Assembly: GCA_965208325.1 (NCBI GenBank)
Contig: OZ242326.1
Span: 2,655,363 to 2,719,362, forward strand
Length of the DNA stretch: 64,000 bases
Direction: 5' to 3'
From: Candidatus Poribacteria bacterium
Lineage (GTDB): Bacteria; Poribacteria; WGA-4E; PCPOR2b
Positions 48,141 through 56,887 of this stretch are shown piece after piece (the stretch's first letter is position 1; the number at the start of each line of letters is the position of its first letter). The notes under the pieces were generated by a model. It was not told where the DNA came from. It did not search any database and worked only from the letters and a program-made list of their open reading frames with translations. A program made the translations under genes and the position numbers.

Positions 48141-49331
48141 TTAAAATTTCGCTCTAATCTGCACTCGAGTCTTGTGCTGATAAGGATTTGATCCGGAAGC
48201 GATTATCTTTTTAGCAATGAAATATAGCACTTCCACGCCGATATTCTTCTCGACCGGCAAGGCAAATTTCAGTTCATGCCCATGTGTATTCGGGTTAAAT
48301 ATATCGGCGTTGTTATAGTTAGATATCATTGATGCCTGTTCCACCCTAACATAATGGTAGAGCGCACGAAGTTTGTGTAGACGAGGAACGGGGCCAACTC
48401 CGACCTCAAACCAATATGCCGTGTCATTCAAATTCGCCAATCGATTCTGCGCATAAGACGCGAGAAGCCACACCGGCACAGTTTCGATTTCTAGTTCATA
48501 CTTCGCAAGCCCCTCAATTATCCTGAATCCAAACGGATAGACTGAGGTGCCTGTACCCGCGCCTACCCGCGCATTTGTATCCCCGCCGCCCAACCTGCCA
48601 TCTTCAACCGCTTGGGCGATGTTGTCCTCGTTTCGATATTCATAAAGCATGGCACCGAACGACAATCCTTTGAGTTGAAATCCCTTGAAAAACAGTTGCC
48701 CCGCGAAAAGGTTCGTATCCGCTCCGCTCTTTGTCTCCGCGAGAATGAACTGCCCTAGATTTGCCCGCACCTGTGAAATAAATCCTACGTCGTCAATGCG
48801 TAACTGTTGGGCTGCCCCTTCCAACTGCACATCGTTGTGAAAAACCAGCTCAACACGTTCAAACGGGTTGGCAAATTTGCCTATGGCAACCGTAAGGGAC
48901 GAGTGCGGCGAATACCGGAGAAAAAGCCTATCAAGATTGAACCCTTTCTTCGAGAAATAGTCGTCTAGGTCAACATTGCCCGTGGTTGGGTCATCCGTCG
49001 CACCCGTGACCATTCTGAAACCGAGATTCACGCGCGGATGAACTGGAAAGTTGCCGCCCATACGAAAACGTATTCGGTATCGATACCGGCTCGGAGAATC
49101 GTCCTGAAAAATGCTCTCTTGGCGGAATCTTGCATCGGCAAAGAAAAACTCCTGCCAAAGCGGCTGTGCTAGCCGAGACACGTCTTTAACCGTCGGCGAT
49201 CCATTTTTGAGAACCGCCGATTCCTGCACTTTTTGAATCTCAGTTACCGAAATCGTATCGGCAGAGGAGATTTGAAGCAACATAACGGTATTAAATACGA
49301 TAATCCGGGCGTAAACGCCGAGTCTTTTCAT
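48141..49331 (-). CDS. outer-membrane beta-barrel protein (putative porin)
   Basis: Signal peptide, alternating amphipathic beta-strand pattern, and a C-terminal aromatic (…RAKF). Confidence 0.55.
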   Translation of the reverse strand: MKRLGVYARIIVFNTVMLLQISSADTISVTEIQKVQESAVLKNGSPTVKDVSRLAQPLWQEFFFADARFRQESIFQDDSPSRYRYRIRFRMGGNFPVHPRVNLGFRMVTGATDDPTTGNVDLDDYFSKKGFNLDRLFLRYSPHSSLTVAIGKFANPFERVELVFHNDVQLEGAAQQLRIDDVGFISQVRANLGQFILAETKSGADTNLFAGQLFFKGFQLKGLSFGAMLYEYRNEDNIAQAVEDGRLGGGDTNARVGAGTGTSVYPFGFRIIEGLAKYELEIETVPVWLLASYAQNRLANLNDTAYWFEVGVGPVPRLHKLRALYHYVRVEQASMISNYNNADIFNPNTHGHELKFALPVEKNIGVEVLYFIAKKIIASGSNPYQHKTRVQIRAKF

Positions 49332-49465
49332 TGCTGGCTCCGCTGCAAGGTTTGGTGTTCAATGATTTAACGCTACTGTACAGAATTTGGACAGCAAAAA
49401 TCACTCTACACAACAAAATCGGTAGAAACTCTGTGTGTAGAAGTGTTATCCGTTCTAAATCCCAT

Positions 49466-49481
49466 TGGCACGAGGATTGCG
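49466..49481 (+). promoter_or_regulatory. candidate sigma-54 promoter TGGCACG-aggaTTGCG upstream of TonB-dependent receptor
   Basis: Matches TGGCACG-N4-TTGC exactly in the -24 and -12 cores. Lies about 70 nt upstream of the ATG at 49550. Confidence 0.55.
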
Positions 49482-49549
49482 TATGCATAATAACAACGAT
49501 GTCAAAATCTTGCAATCTAAAAAAAAGGTGTTGGGAAGGAGAGTAACTG

Positions 49550-51862
49550 ATGACAATTGGACGAAAACAACTATGGGTAGGATTGAGTTTTTTTCTAATC
49601 AGTATCAATCCCGCATTTTCTACGGTGGACGAGGCGAAAGTGAACCCCATTGAGTTGGAGGAAATCACCGTCATTACCCGCGTCCCAAAAGATACTTTCC
49701 GAACACCGAACTCGATTTCCGTCATTGACCGAACGCAAATCGAACGCATCAACGCCGACATCACGCCCCGAATTCTACGCGAAACCGTCGGAATTTGGGC
49801 GCAGCAGACGACTGCCGGGCAAGGTTCGCCGATGCTGCGCGGCCTCACCGGATATCAAGCTTTTCTTTCTATAGATGGCGTCCGACTCAACAACTCTACC
49901 TTTCGCTCCGGTCCAAATCAGTATTTGGGGACAATAAGCCCAGCTAACCTTGACCGAATTGAAGTGTTGCGGGGCGCTGGGTCAATGCTATACGGCAGCG
50001 GCGCCATGGGCGGTGTCATTAGCATGTTCACTAAAGATGTGATTCTGGACAATGCAACGGATAAATGGAACATCCAGTCCCGCACTTTCGGTCGATTCGC
50101 TTCCGGAACTTCAGAACGGCTAGGTCGCTTTGAGGTAATGGGAAACCGCAGGCGGCTCGGGTTTTCGTTTGGTGCGTCCGCCCGCCGGTTCGGTGATATC
50201 AATTCGGGCAGCGGTTACGACCTGCACTACAAGAACCGTAAATTTGAAATTGTCAGCGAAAAACCGCCGGGCGTTGAAATCTTTGAAGGTCCGCCGAAAG
50301 ATGTGCCGGAGCGTTGGCTGATTGACTCTGAAGCGCCGCTGGATTGGAGCGCATACGACGGCGACGCCAAACTCGCCTACCAACTCACTGACACCAGTGC
50401 GGTAAACGTCGCCTACCAACTCTGGCGTCAACCGAAAACCCCGCGCTACGACAAGATTGCACCGCGCGAGTTCGACGAGTTCTTTTTCGAACCCCAACAC
50501 CGAGATCTTCTTTATGCGACTTACTTGAAAGAACCAGCTAACTCCGAGATAGACCAGTTTCGATTTACCGCCTCTTTTCATCGGCAGAAAGAAGGGCGGA
50601 ACGAACTCTTGCGGGATGCCACGGAAAGGCGAGAGCGGTTTGACAAGGTCAACACGTTTGGTCTGAGTGCACAGGCAACCAATGCATCGCTGCCTAACCA
50701 ACGTATTGTCACAGGCGTCGAATTTTATTTCGATACCCTTTCGAGCCAAACCGTCAAGACCGACGTCACGACCGGCGCTGAGAAGGTAGACAACACAAAA
50801 GGACGCTTTATCGACGGATCTCGCTTCTGGGATGCGAACCTCTACGTTCAAGATGAAATTGAGCTGCACGACCGGCTGGAACTCACGCTCGGCGGGCGAT
50901 TCACCCACTATAATACACAAGCCGACCTTTCGGCGCGTTCCGATCAATTTAGCGACTTTAACGAATCCGGAAACGCATTGACCGGAAGTGCAGGCGTCGT
51001 GATAAGCGTCACGGACGGACTGAACCTCGTCGGCAATTTCGCCACATCGTTCCGTGCGCCTTCGCTGAATGATACCACCGCCGTTGAAGTCACCAACGAA
51101 GGTATAGACTCGCCTTCGCCCGCCCTCAAATCAGAGACTGGGTGGACAGCAGAAACCGGTCTTAAAGCACGCTATTCGCAGTTCATTGGCTCGCTTACCC
51201 TTTTTCACGGCCGCATCGACAATTTGGTCACGCGCGTCCCCGTCGAAGAAGCATATGCAGGACAATCGCTTCCAAGCCTGATTACGGAAATTCAACGCAA
51301 CAATCCAGGCGTTGATGTCTATGTATTCGACAATGTTGATGAAGTGCAGACTCAAGGCATCGAGTTGGCTGGAATGTTCACTATCCGAAACAGTTGGGCG
51401 TTCTACGGTAACACGGCTTACACACGCGGGAAGGTGTTGGTGCTTAACGGTGCCGCGCCTAACCCCGATAATCCTTGGGAAGGACGGATTCGCCGTGAAC
51501 CGCCGCTCAACGGAATGTTCGGTATCCGATGGCACCCGTCAGCTAAGCGGTACTGGGGAGAAATTTTCGTTCGCGGCGCAACCGAACAGCGGCGATTGAA
51601 TCGCAGTGACATACGAGACCCGCGAATCCCAGGCACTACCCGTGATACCGGTGAGGTCGAGTTTGATTCACACGGTGCAGCGGTTGGGCAAGGTTCGGCG
51701 AGTTGGGTCACGCTTAATCTGCGAGGCGGTTATCACCTGACCGATTACAATCGAATGACGGTTGCACTTGAAAACCTGTTGGATGAGCGGTATCGCGAGC
51801 ACGGCTCCGGCATCAACGCACCGGGGTTGAATGTGATTGTCAGTCTAGACAATCGATTCTAA
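49550..51862 (+). CDS. TonB-dependent outer-membrane receptor
   Basis: Signal peptide, plug domain (ISVIDRTQIE...LRGLTGYQAFLSIDGVRLNN...RIEVLRGAGSMLYGSGAMGGVI), a 22-strand barrel, and a C-terminal F. Confidence 0.9.
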   Translation: MTIGRKQLWVGLSFFLISINPAFSTVDEAKVNPIELEEITVITRVPKDTFRTPNSISVIDRTQIERINADITPRILRETVGIWAQQTTAGQGSPMLRGLTGYQAFLSIDGVRLNNSTFRSGPNQYLGTISPANLDRIEVLRGAGSMLYGSGAMGGVISMFTKDVILDNATDKWNIQSRTFGRFASGTSERLGRFEVMGNRRRLGFSFGASARRFGDINSGSGYDLHYKNRKFEIVSEKPPGVEIFEGPPKDVPERWLIDSEAPLDWSAYDGDAKLAYQLTDTSAVNVAYQLWRQPKTPRYDKIAPREFDEFFFEPQHRDLLYATYLKEPANSEIDQFRFTASFHRQKEGRNELLRDATERRERFDKVNTFGLSAQATNASLPNQRIVTGVEFYFDTLSSQTVKTDVTTGAEKVDNTKGRFIDGSRFWDANLYVQDEIELHDRLELTLGGRFTHYNTQADLSARSDQFSDFNESGNALTGSAGVVISVTDGLNLVGNFATSFRAPSLNDTTAVEVTNEGIDSPSPALKSETGWTAETGLKARYSQFIGSLTLFHGRIDNLVTRVPVEEAYAGQSLPSLITEIQRNNPGVDVYVFDNVDEVQTQGIELAGMFTIRNSWAFYGNTAYTRGKVLVLNGAAPNPDNPWEGRIRREPPLNGMFGIRWHPSAKRYWGEIFVRGATEQRRLNRSDIRDPRIPGTTRDTGEVEFDSHGAAVGQGSASWVTLNLRGGYHLTDYNRMTVALENLLDERYREHGSGINAPGLNVIVSLDNRF

Positions 51863-51910
51863 TCGAAGGGAATTTGCTGGAGGTCCAAATGAACCGGAGA
51901 TATCGAAACG

Positions 51911-51957
51911 TGCACAAAACCGAGCAAGCGTACATCTGAATTGCACCGTTTTGTGCA
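51911..51957. promoter_or_regulatory. 10-bp inverted repeat TGCACAAAAC / GTTTTGTGCA in the TBDR-WD40 spacer
   Basis: Perfect arms flanking a 27-nt loop. No U-tract, so it is not a canonical terminator. Confidence 0.3.
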
Positions 51958-52043
51958 ACGGCCGACACACTAAAAAAACACATACTGTTCGTACGGCTGG
52001 ACTTAACGCGCATACCGCGCCGAAATTGAAGTGGCGAATCCGT

Positions 52044-52059
52044 TGGCACGCATTTTGCC
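52044..52059 (+). promoter_or_regulatory. candidate sigma-54 promoter TGGCACG-cattTTGCC upstream of the WD40 gene array
   Basis: Full match to the TGGCACG-N4-TTGC consensus. Lies about 95 nt upstream of the ATG at 52155. Confidence 0.6.
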
Positions 52060-52154
52060 CGTCCATTTAATCACCTCGAAGACACTAATCTAGTTTCGTT
52101 AACTAGAATTCTCAGAAGTGAGTATTCACGTGATGATTAAAGAGGAGAGAGACA

Positions 52155-54401
52155 ATGCAAACTGACAAGCAAAACCAATTCATGAAAATGGCACAATTTG
52201 TAACATTAATACTTCTCGTATTGGTAACGGTCACATTTGCATCAAACAGCTCCGCCCAAGGTTCTCCGCAATGGAGTCTCCCCGATGGCGCTAAAGCCCG
52301 CTTCGGCAAGGGTGAGATAAATGAAATACAGTATTCGCCCGACGGTACACGGCTTGCGGTGGCTAGCGGTATCGGTATTTGGCTCTACGATACGGCGACC
52401 CATCAAGAAGTCGCGCTGCTCGCGGGGAATATGTCCGCCGAAAGCGCTGCGTTCAGTCCGGATGGGCGTACCATTTTAAGCGCAAATGGAGACTCAATCC
52501 GATTCTGGCACGCCGATACTGGCGAATCCATGCGAACCGTTACCGTATCGGATTCGGTCGAAAGCGTTGGGTTCAGTCCCGATGGGCGCGCTATAGTAAG
52601 TAGTGCGAGTTGGGGCGATACCGGTGACGAGGATTGGGGAGATACCATCCGTCTTTGGGACGCCGATACGGGCGAACTTCTACACACGCTCACCGGGCAT
52701 TCTAGTATTGTTGAAATCGTTGCGTTTAGTCCAGATGGACGCACTGTCGCCAGCGGGGGTTGGGATGCTACCGTCCGGATGTGGAACGCTGACACGGGCG
52801 AAATCCTTCAAACCCTCATCGGGCATTTTGGTAGTGTCGATAGCATTGCATTCAGCCCCGATGGTGCAATGCTTGCCAGCGCGGACTTTTTCGACATTCG
52901 GTTGTGGGACATTGCTACAGGCGAACTTCTCCGGACGTTCGAGCCGGAAAGAAGTGGCGTCAATGGCGTCGCATTCAGCCCGGACGGCACAACGCTTGCC
53001 AGTGGGATTTGGGAAGAAATTCATCTGTGGGACACTGCTTCGGGCGAACTCATCCGAACGCTCAACGGACATACGAGTTGGGTCAATAGCGTTGCGTTCA
53101 ATCCTGATGGGCGCACTATCACCAGTCACAGCCGAAACGGCGCCATCCGGATGTGGGACGTTACCTCGGGCAACCACCTCGGAACGCTCAACGGGCATAC
53201 GAGTTCGCTCAGGAGCATCGCGCTCGCCCCTGACGGCGCGACGCTCGCTGGCGGGAGCGATACCGGGACCGTACGGCTGTGGGACATTGCGTCTCGCCAA
53301 CACCTGCGTACACTCACTGGAAACAGCCGTAGTGTCAGTAGCGTCGCTTTCAGCCCAGGTGGCACAACGATCGCTACCGGGAGTGATGACAGTAATGTAC
53401 GGCTGTTAGACATTGCGGATGGGGAACTCCTACGAACACTCAGCGGACATAGCTTGAGTGTCCATAGCGTAGCCTTCAGCCCAGATGGTGACAGAATCGT
53501 TAGCGGAGGTTATGACAGTCGGGCGCGGCTTTGGGACGCTGCCACAGGAAACCACCTGTTCACGTTCGACGAGCATGCGGGTTCTGTCAACACCGTCGCA
53601 TTCCACCCAAATGGGCGCACGGTCGCCAGTGCGGGTAGGGACACCCTCATCCGCCTGTGGGACGCCGCCACGGGCAAGCAATTAAAAACGCTCGAAGGAC
53701 ATACGGGTGCCGTCGGTAACGTCGCTTTCAGTCCTGACGGTGCGATGCTCGCTAGTGGAAGCTGGAGTGAGATTATTCTGTGGGACACAGCATCGGGCGA
53801 ACTACTGCAAATACTCAGCGGGCATACGAGTTCGGCCAGTAGCCTCGCTTTCAGCCCGAATGGCAATACGCTCGCGGGCGGAAGCTCGGAAGAGATTCAC
53901 CTGTGGGACATCGCCACAGGCAACCACCTGCGAACACTCGCCGGGCATGCGAAGTCGGTCAGTAGTGTCGCTTTCAACCATGATGGTGACACTCTCGCGA
54001 GTGCAAGTTCGGACGGCACCGTGCTGCTTTGGGAAATTTCCCCATCAACCGGTGTTGGGATTTCGGTAGAACCTTTGGAAAGCCGCATCACGACGTTGGG
54101 AAACATCAAACGCACGGCGCTGCTGCAGAATTATCCAAATCCGTTCAACCCTGAAACCTGGATGCCATATCAGTTGGAACAAGACGCTTACGTCACCTTA
54201 ACCATCTATGACCAGAGCGGTAATGTCGTCCGCATCCTTGACATTGGACATCAAAAACCGGGAGTCTACCGAGACAAATCAGAAGCGGCGTATTGGGACG
54301 GCCGCAACCAAAACGGAGAACCCGTCACCAGCGGCACGTATTACTACCAACTCCGTGCGGGCGATTACACCGCATTACGGCGGATGGTGATTGTCAAGTA
54401 G
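52155..54401 (+). CDS. secreted WD40-repeat protein with T9SS type-A / FlgD-Ig-like C-terminal sorting domain
   Basis: Signal peptide, EIQYSPDGTRLAVASGIGIWLYDTATHQEV, about 14 WD repeats (…IRLWD…), and C-terminal LLQNYPNPFNPETWMPYQL…YYYQLRAGDYTALRRMVIVK. Confidence 0.85.
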   Translation: MQTDKQNQFMKMAQFVTLILLVLVTVTFASNSSAQGSPQWSLPDGAKARFGKGEINEIQYSPDGTRLAVASGIGIWLYDTATHQEVALLAGNMSAESAAFSPDGRTILSANGDSIRFWHADTGESMRTVTVSDSVESVGFSPDGRAIVSSASWGDTGDEDWGDTIRLWDADTGELLHTLTGHSSIVEIVAFSPDGRTVASGGWDATVRMWNADTGEILQTLIGHFGSVDSIAFSPDGAMLASADFFDIRLWDIATGELLRTFEPERSGVNGVAFSPDGTTLASGIWEEIHLWDTASGELIRTLNGHTSWVNSVAFNPDGRTITSHSRNGAIRMWDVTSGNHLGTLNGHTSSLRSIALAPDGATLAGGSDTGTVRLWDIASRQHLRTLTGNSRSVSSVAFSPGGTTIATGSDDSNVRLLDIADGELLRTLSGHSLSVHSVAFSPDGDRIVSGGYDSRARLWDAATGNHLFTFDEHAGSVNTVAFHPNGRTVASAGRDTLIRLWDAATGKQLKTLEGHTGAVGNVAFSPDGAMLASGSWSEIILWDTASGELLQILSGHTSSASSLAFSPNGNTLAGGSSEEIHLWDIATGNHLRTLAGHAKSVSSVAFNHDGDTLASASSDGTVLLWEISPSTGVGISVEPLESRITTLGNIKRTALLQNYPNPFNPETWMPYQLEQDAYVTLTIYDQSGNVVRILDIGHQKPGVYRDKSEAAYWDGRNQNGEPVTSGTYYYQLRAGDYTALRRMVIVK

Positions 54402-54502
54402 CGGCAAATCGTTGCAGCGATTCCGCGTTATTTTATAACCTCGTTTCTGCAATTACTGAGGACGACGTGATTTACGATACTCAACCATCCAGGGCAACTG
54501 TT

Positions 54503-56779
54503 ATGAAGATAGCGTTGATTTTCAAAATTAGCTTACTGTGCGTTTCCGCTCTTTGTCTGCCGCATAGCCTCGCTCAAAAATCTCCGCAATGGAGCCTGCC
54601 CGAAGGCGCAATAGCTCGCCTTGGAAAGGGTAGGATAAGCGATATACAGTATTCGCCCGACGGCACTCGACTTGCGGTAGCGAGCAGCATCGGTATTTGG
54701 CTCTATGATACGGCGACCCATCAAGAGGTTACACTGCTCGCCCCGCATATTTATGTCGAAAGCGTTGCGTATAGTCCGGATGGGCGCACCATCGCGGGCG
54801 GAAGCAGTGACAACATCATCCGACTGTGGGACGCACATACGGGTGAACAACGGCGAATACTCATCGGACATACGAGTTGGGTCAGGACAGTTGCGTTCAG
54901 CCCTGACGGACGCACACTCGCAAGTGGGAGCAGTGACGACACCGTCCGGCTGTGGGATGCGCTCACGGGAAAACTCCTTCACACACTCACCGGGCATTCG
55001 GACGAAATTCGCAGCGTTGCGTTTAGTCCTGATGGCAACTCGCTCGTAAGCGGGAGCAGCGACAATTCCATCCGTCAGTGGGACTCATTTACGGGCGAAC
55101 ACCGGCGAACACTCACCGGACACACGTCTGGCGTAGTAAGCGTCGTGTTCAGTCCAAATGGGCGTACCATTGCAAGTGCGAGCGGGATCAGTGATGGAGA
55201 CGGCATCCGGCTGTGGAACACCGATACGGGACAACTTCGGAGCACGCTCATCGGACATTCGGGGCGGGTCACGAGCGCCGCGTTTAGTCCCGATGGTGAC
55301 AGAATCGCAAGTACTAGTTGGGACAATACAATCCAACTGTGGGACGCACATACGGGTGAACACCGACGAACACTCACCGGACACACGTCTGGAGTAGTCA
55401 GCGTCGTGTTCAATCCTGATGAACGTACGCTCGCAAGTGGTAGTGGAGACGGTACTATCCGGTTATGGGACATTGAATCGGGAGAATTCCTGCGATCAAT
55501 CCCCGGGCATACGGGTTGGGTCGACACCGTTGAATTCAGTCCCGATGGACAAACGCTCGCAAGTGTGAGTTCGAGCTATATCGTTGAGCACAGTCCAAAC
55601 CGCCGCGCAGGAAGTGGGGGCGGCAACGCAACTATCCGGCTGTGGAACGCCGATACCGGAAAACTCAGGCTATCAATTAACGAGTACAAGAATGGAATTG
55701 ATGACGTTTCGTTTAGTCCCGATGGGCGCACTCTCGCTGGTGTTGGCTGGAACAGTATCCAATTATGGGACACCAACACCGGAGAACTTCTGCGAACACT
55801 CAGGGAGCATGAAGGTTGGGTCAATACTATTGCGTTCAGCCCCAATGGACGCACAATTGCTACTGGAGGGAGTTGGGACAACGTCGTCCGTCTTTGGGAC
55901 GCCGATACCGGAAAACTCCGGCAATCGCTCATCGGACATACCGATTCGGTCACGAGCGTTGCCTTCAGCTCCGACGGACACACGCTCGCAAGTTGTGCGG
56001 GATTAGACAATACCATCCGTATGTGGGACGCCAATGCGGGAAAACTCCTGCGTACGTTCACTGGAACTACCGGTTTGGGAGCGAGCGTTGCCCTAAGTGC
56101 CGATGGAAGCACGCTCGCAAACGCCGGTAATTGGGATGGCACCGTCCTGCTCTGGGATACCGATTCAGGCGAACTCCTACATACCCTCACCGGACATAGA
56201 TTTGACGTCGAAAGCATTGCGTTCAGTCCCGATGGACTCATCCTCGCCAGCGGAGGGAGTTGGGACGACACCATTCGACTGTGGAACATCAAATCGGGGA
56301 AACTCCACCAAACACTCAAAGGCCATGCGATTGGGGTGCGAAGCGTGGCGTTTAGTCCGAATGGACGTACGATGGCTAGCGCCGGTTTGGACGGCACAAT
56401 ACTCCTTTGGGATTTTACTCTCAGCACCTCCGATGACGTTGCGGTTGAGAATTTGCCGCAGCTCACCACGACCCTGGGAAACATCAAACGGACGGCGTTG
56501 CTGCAAAATTACCCGAATCCGTTCAACCCCGAAACCTGGATACCGTATCAGTTGGAAAAGAATTCACTGGTGACCTTGATTATCTACAACCAAAGCGGCC
56601 ATATCGTCCGCACACTTGACATAGGGCATCAAAGTTCGGGAGCTTACCTAGACAAATCAGAAGCGGCGTATTGGGATGGATGCAACCAGAACGGAGAACC
56701 CGTTACCAGCGGCGCGTATTTTTGTCAACTCAGGACGGGTGATTACAGCGCGTTACGGCGAATGTTGATTGTCAAGTAA
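54503..56779 (+). CDS. secreted WD40-repeat protein with T9SS type-A / FlgD-Ig-like C-terminal sorting domain
   Basis: Same architecture as the 52155 gene. Start assigned to the Met at 54503 (MKIALIFKISLLCVSALC signal peptide). Confidence 0.85.
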   Translation: MKIALIFKISLLCVSALCLPHSLAQKSPQWSLPEGAIARLGKGRISDIQYSPDGTRLAVASSIGIWLYDTATHQEVTLLAPHIYVESVAYSPDGRTIAGGSSDNIIRLWDAHTGEQRRILIGHTSWVRTVAFSPDGRTLASGSSDDTVRLWDALTGKLLHTLTGHSDEIRSVAFSPDGNSLVSGSSDNSIRQWDSFTGEHRRTLTGHTSGVVSVVFSPNGRTIASASGISDGDGIRLWNTDTGQLRSTLIGHSGRVTSAAFSPDGDRIASTSWDNTIQLWDAHTGEHRRTLTGHTSGVVSVVFNPDERTLASGSGDGTIRLWDIESGEFLRSIPGHTGWVDTVEFSPDGQTLASVSSSYIVEHSPNRRAGSGGGNATIRLWNADTGKLRLSINEYKNGIDDVSFSPDGRTLAGVGWNSIQLWDTNTGELLRTLREHEGWVNTIAFSPNGRTIATGGSWDNVVRLWDADTGKLRQSLIGHTDSVTSVAFSSDGHTLASCAGLDNTIRMWDANAGKLLRTFTGTTGLGASVALSADGSTLANAGNWDGTVLLWDTDSGELLHTLTGHRFDVESIAFSPDGLILASGGSWDDTIRLWNIKSGKLHQTLKGHAIGVRSVAFSPNGRTMASAGLDGTILLWDFTLSTSDDVAVENLPQLTTTLGNIKRTALLQNYPNPFNPETWIPYQLEKNSLVTLIIYNQSGHIVRTLDIGHQSSGAYLDKSEAAYWDGCNQNGEPVTSGAYFCQLRTGDYSALRRMLIVK

Positions 56780-56887
56780 CTCCACACAATTGAAGCAAGA
56801 AACCAACCGTTTTAAAAAAACTGGACTCTATGGTTACTGCGTGCGGTATGAATCAGATGCGGCACACCAACATGGAGGGTTATTGCA

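Noticed and set aside
54402-54502. GGCAAatcgTTGCA upstream of the second WD40 gene as a sigma-54 site.
   Set aside because: GG-to-GC spacing is one nucleotide short, and GGCAA deviates from GGCAC. Probably not functional. The array is more likely co-transcribed from 52044.
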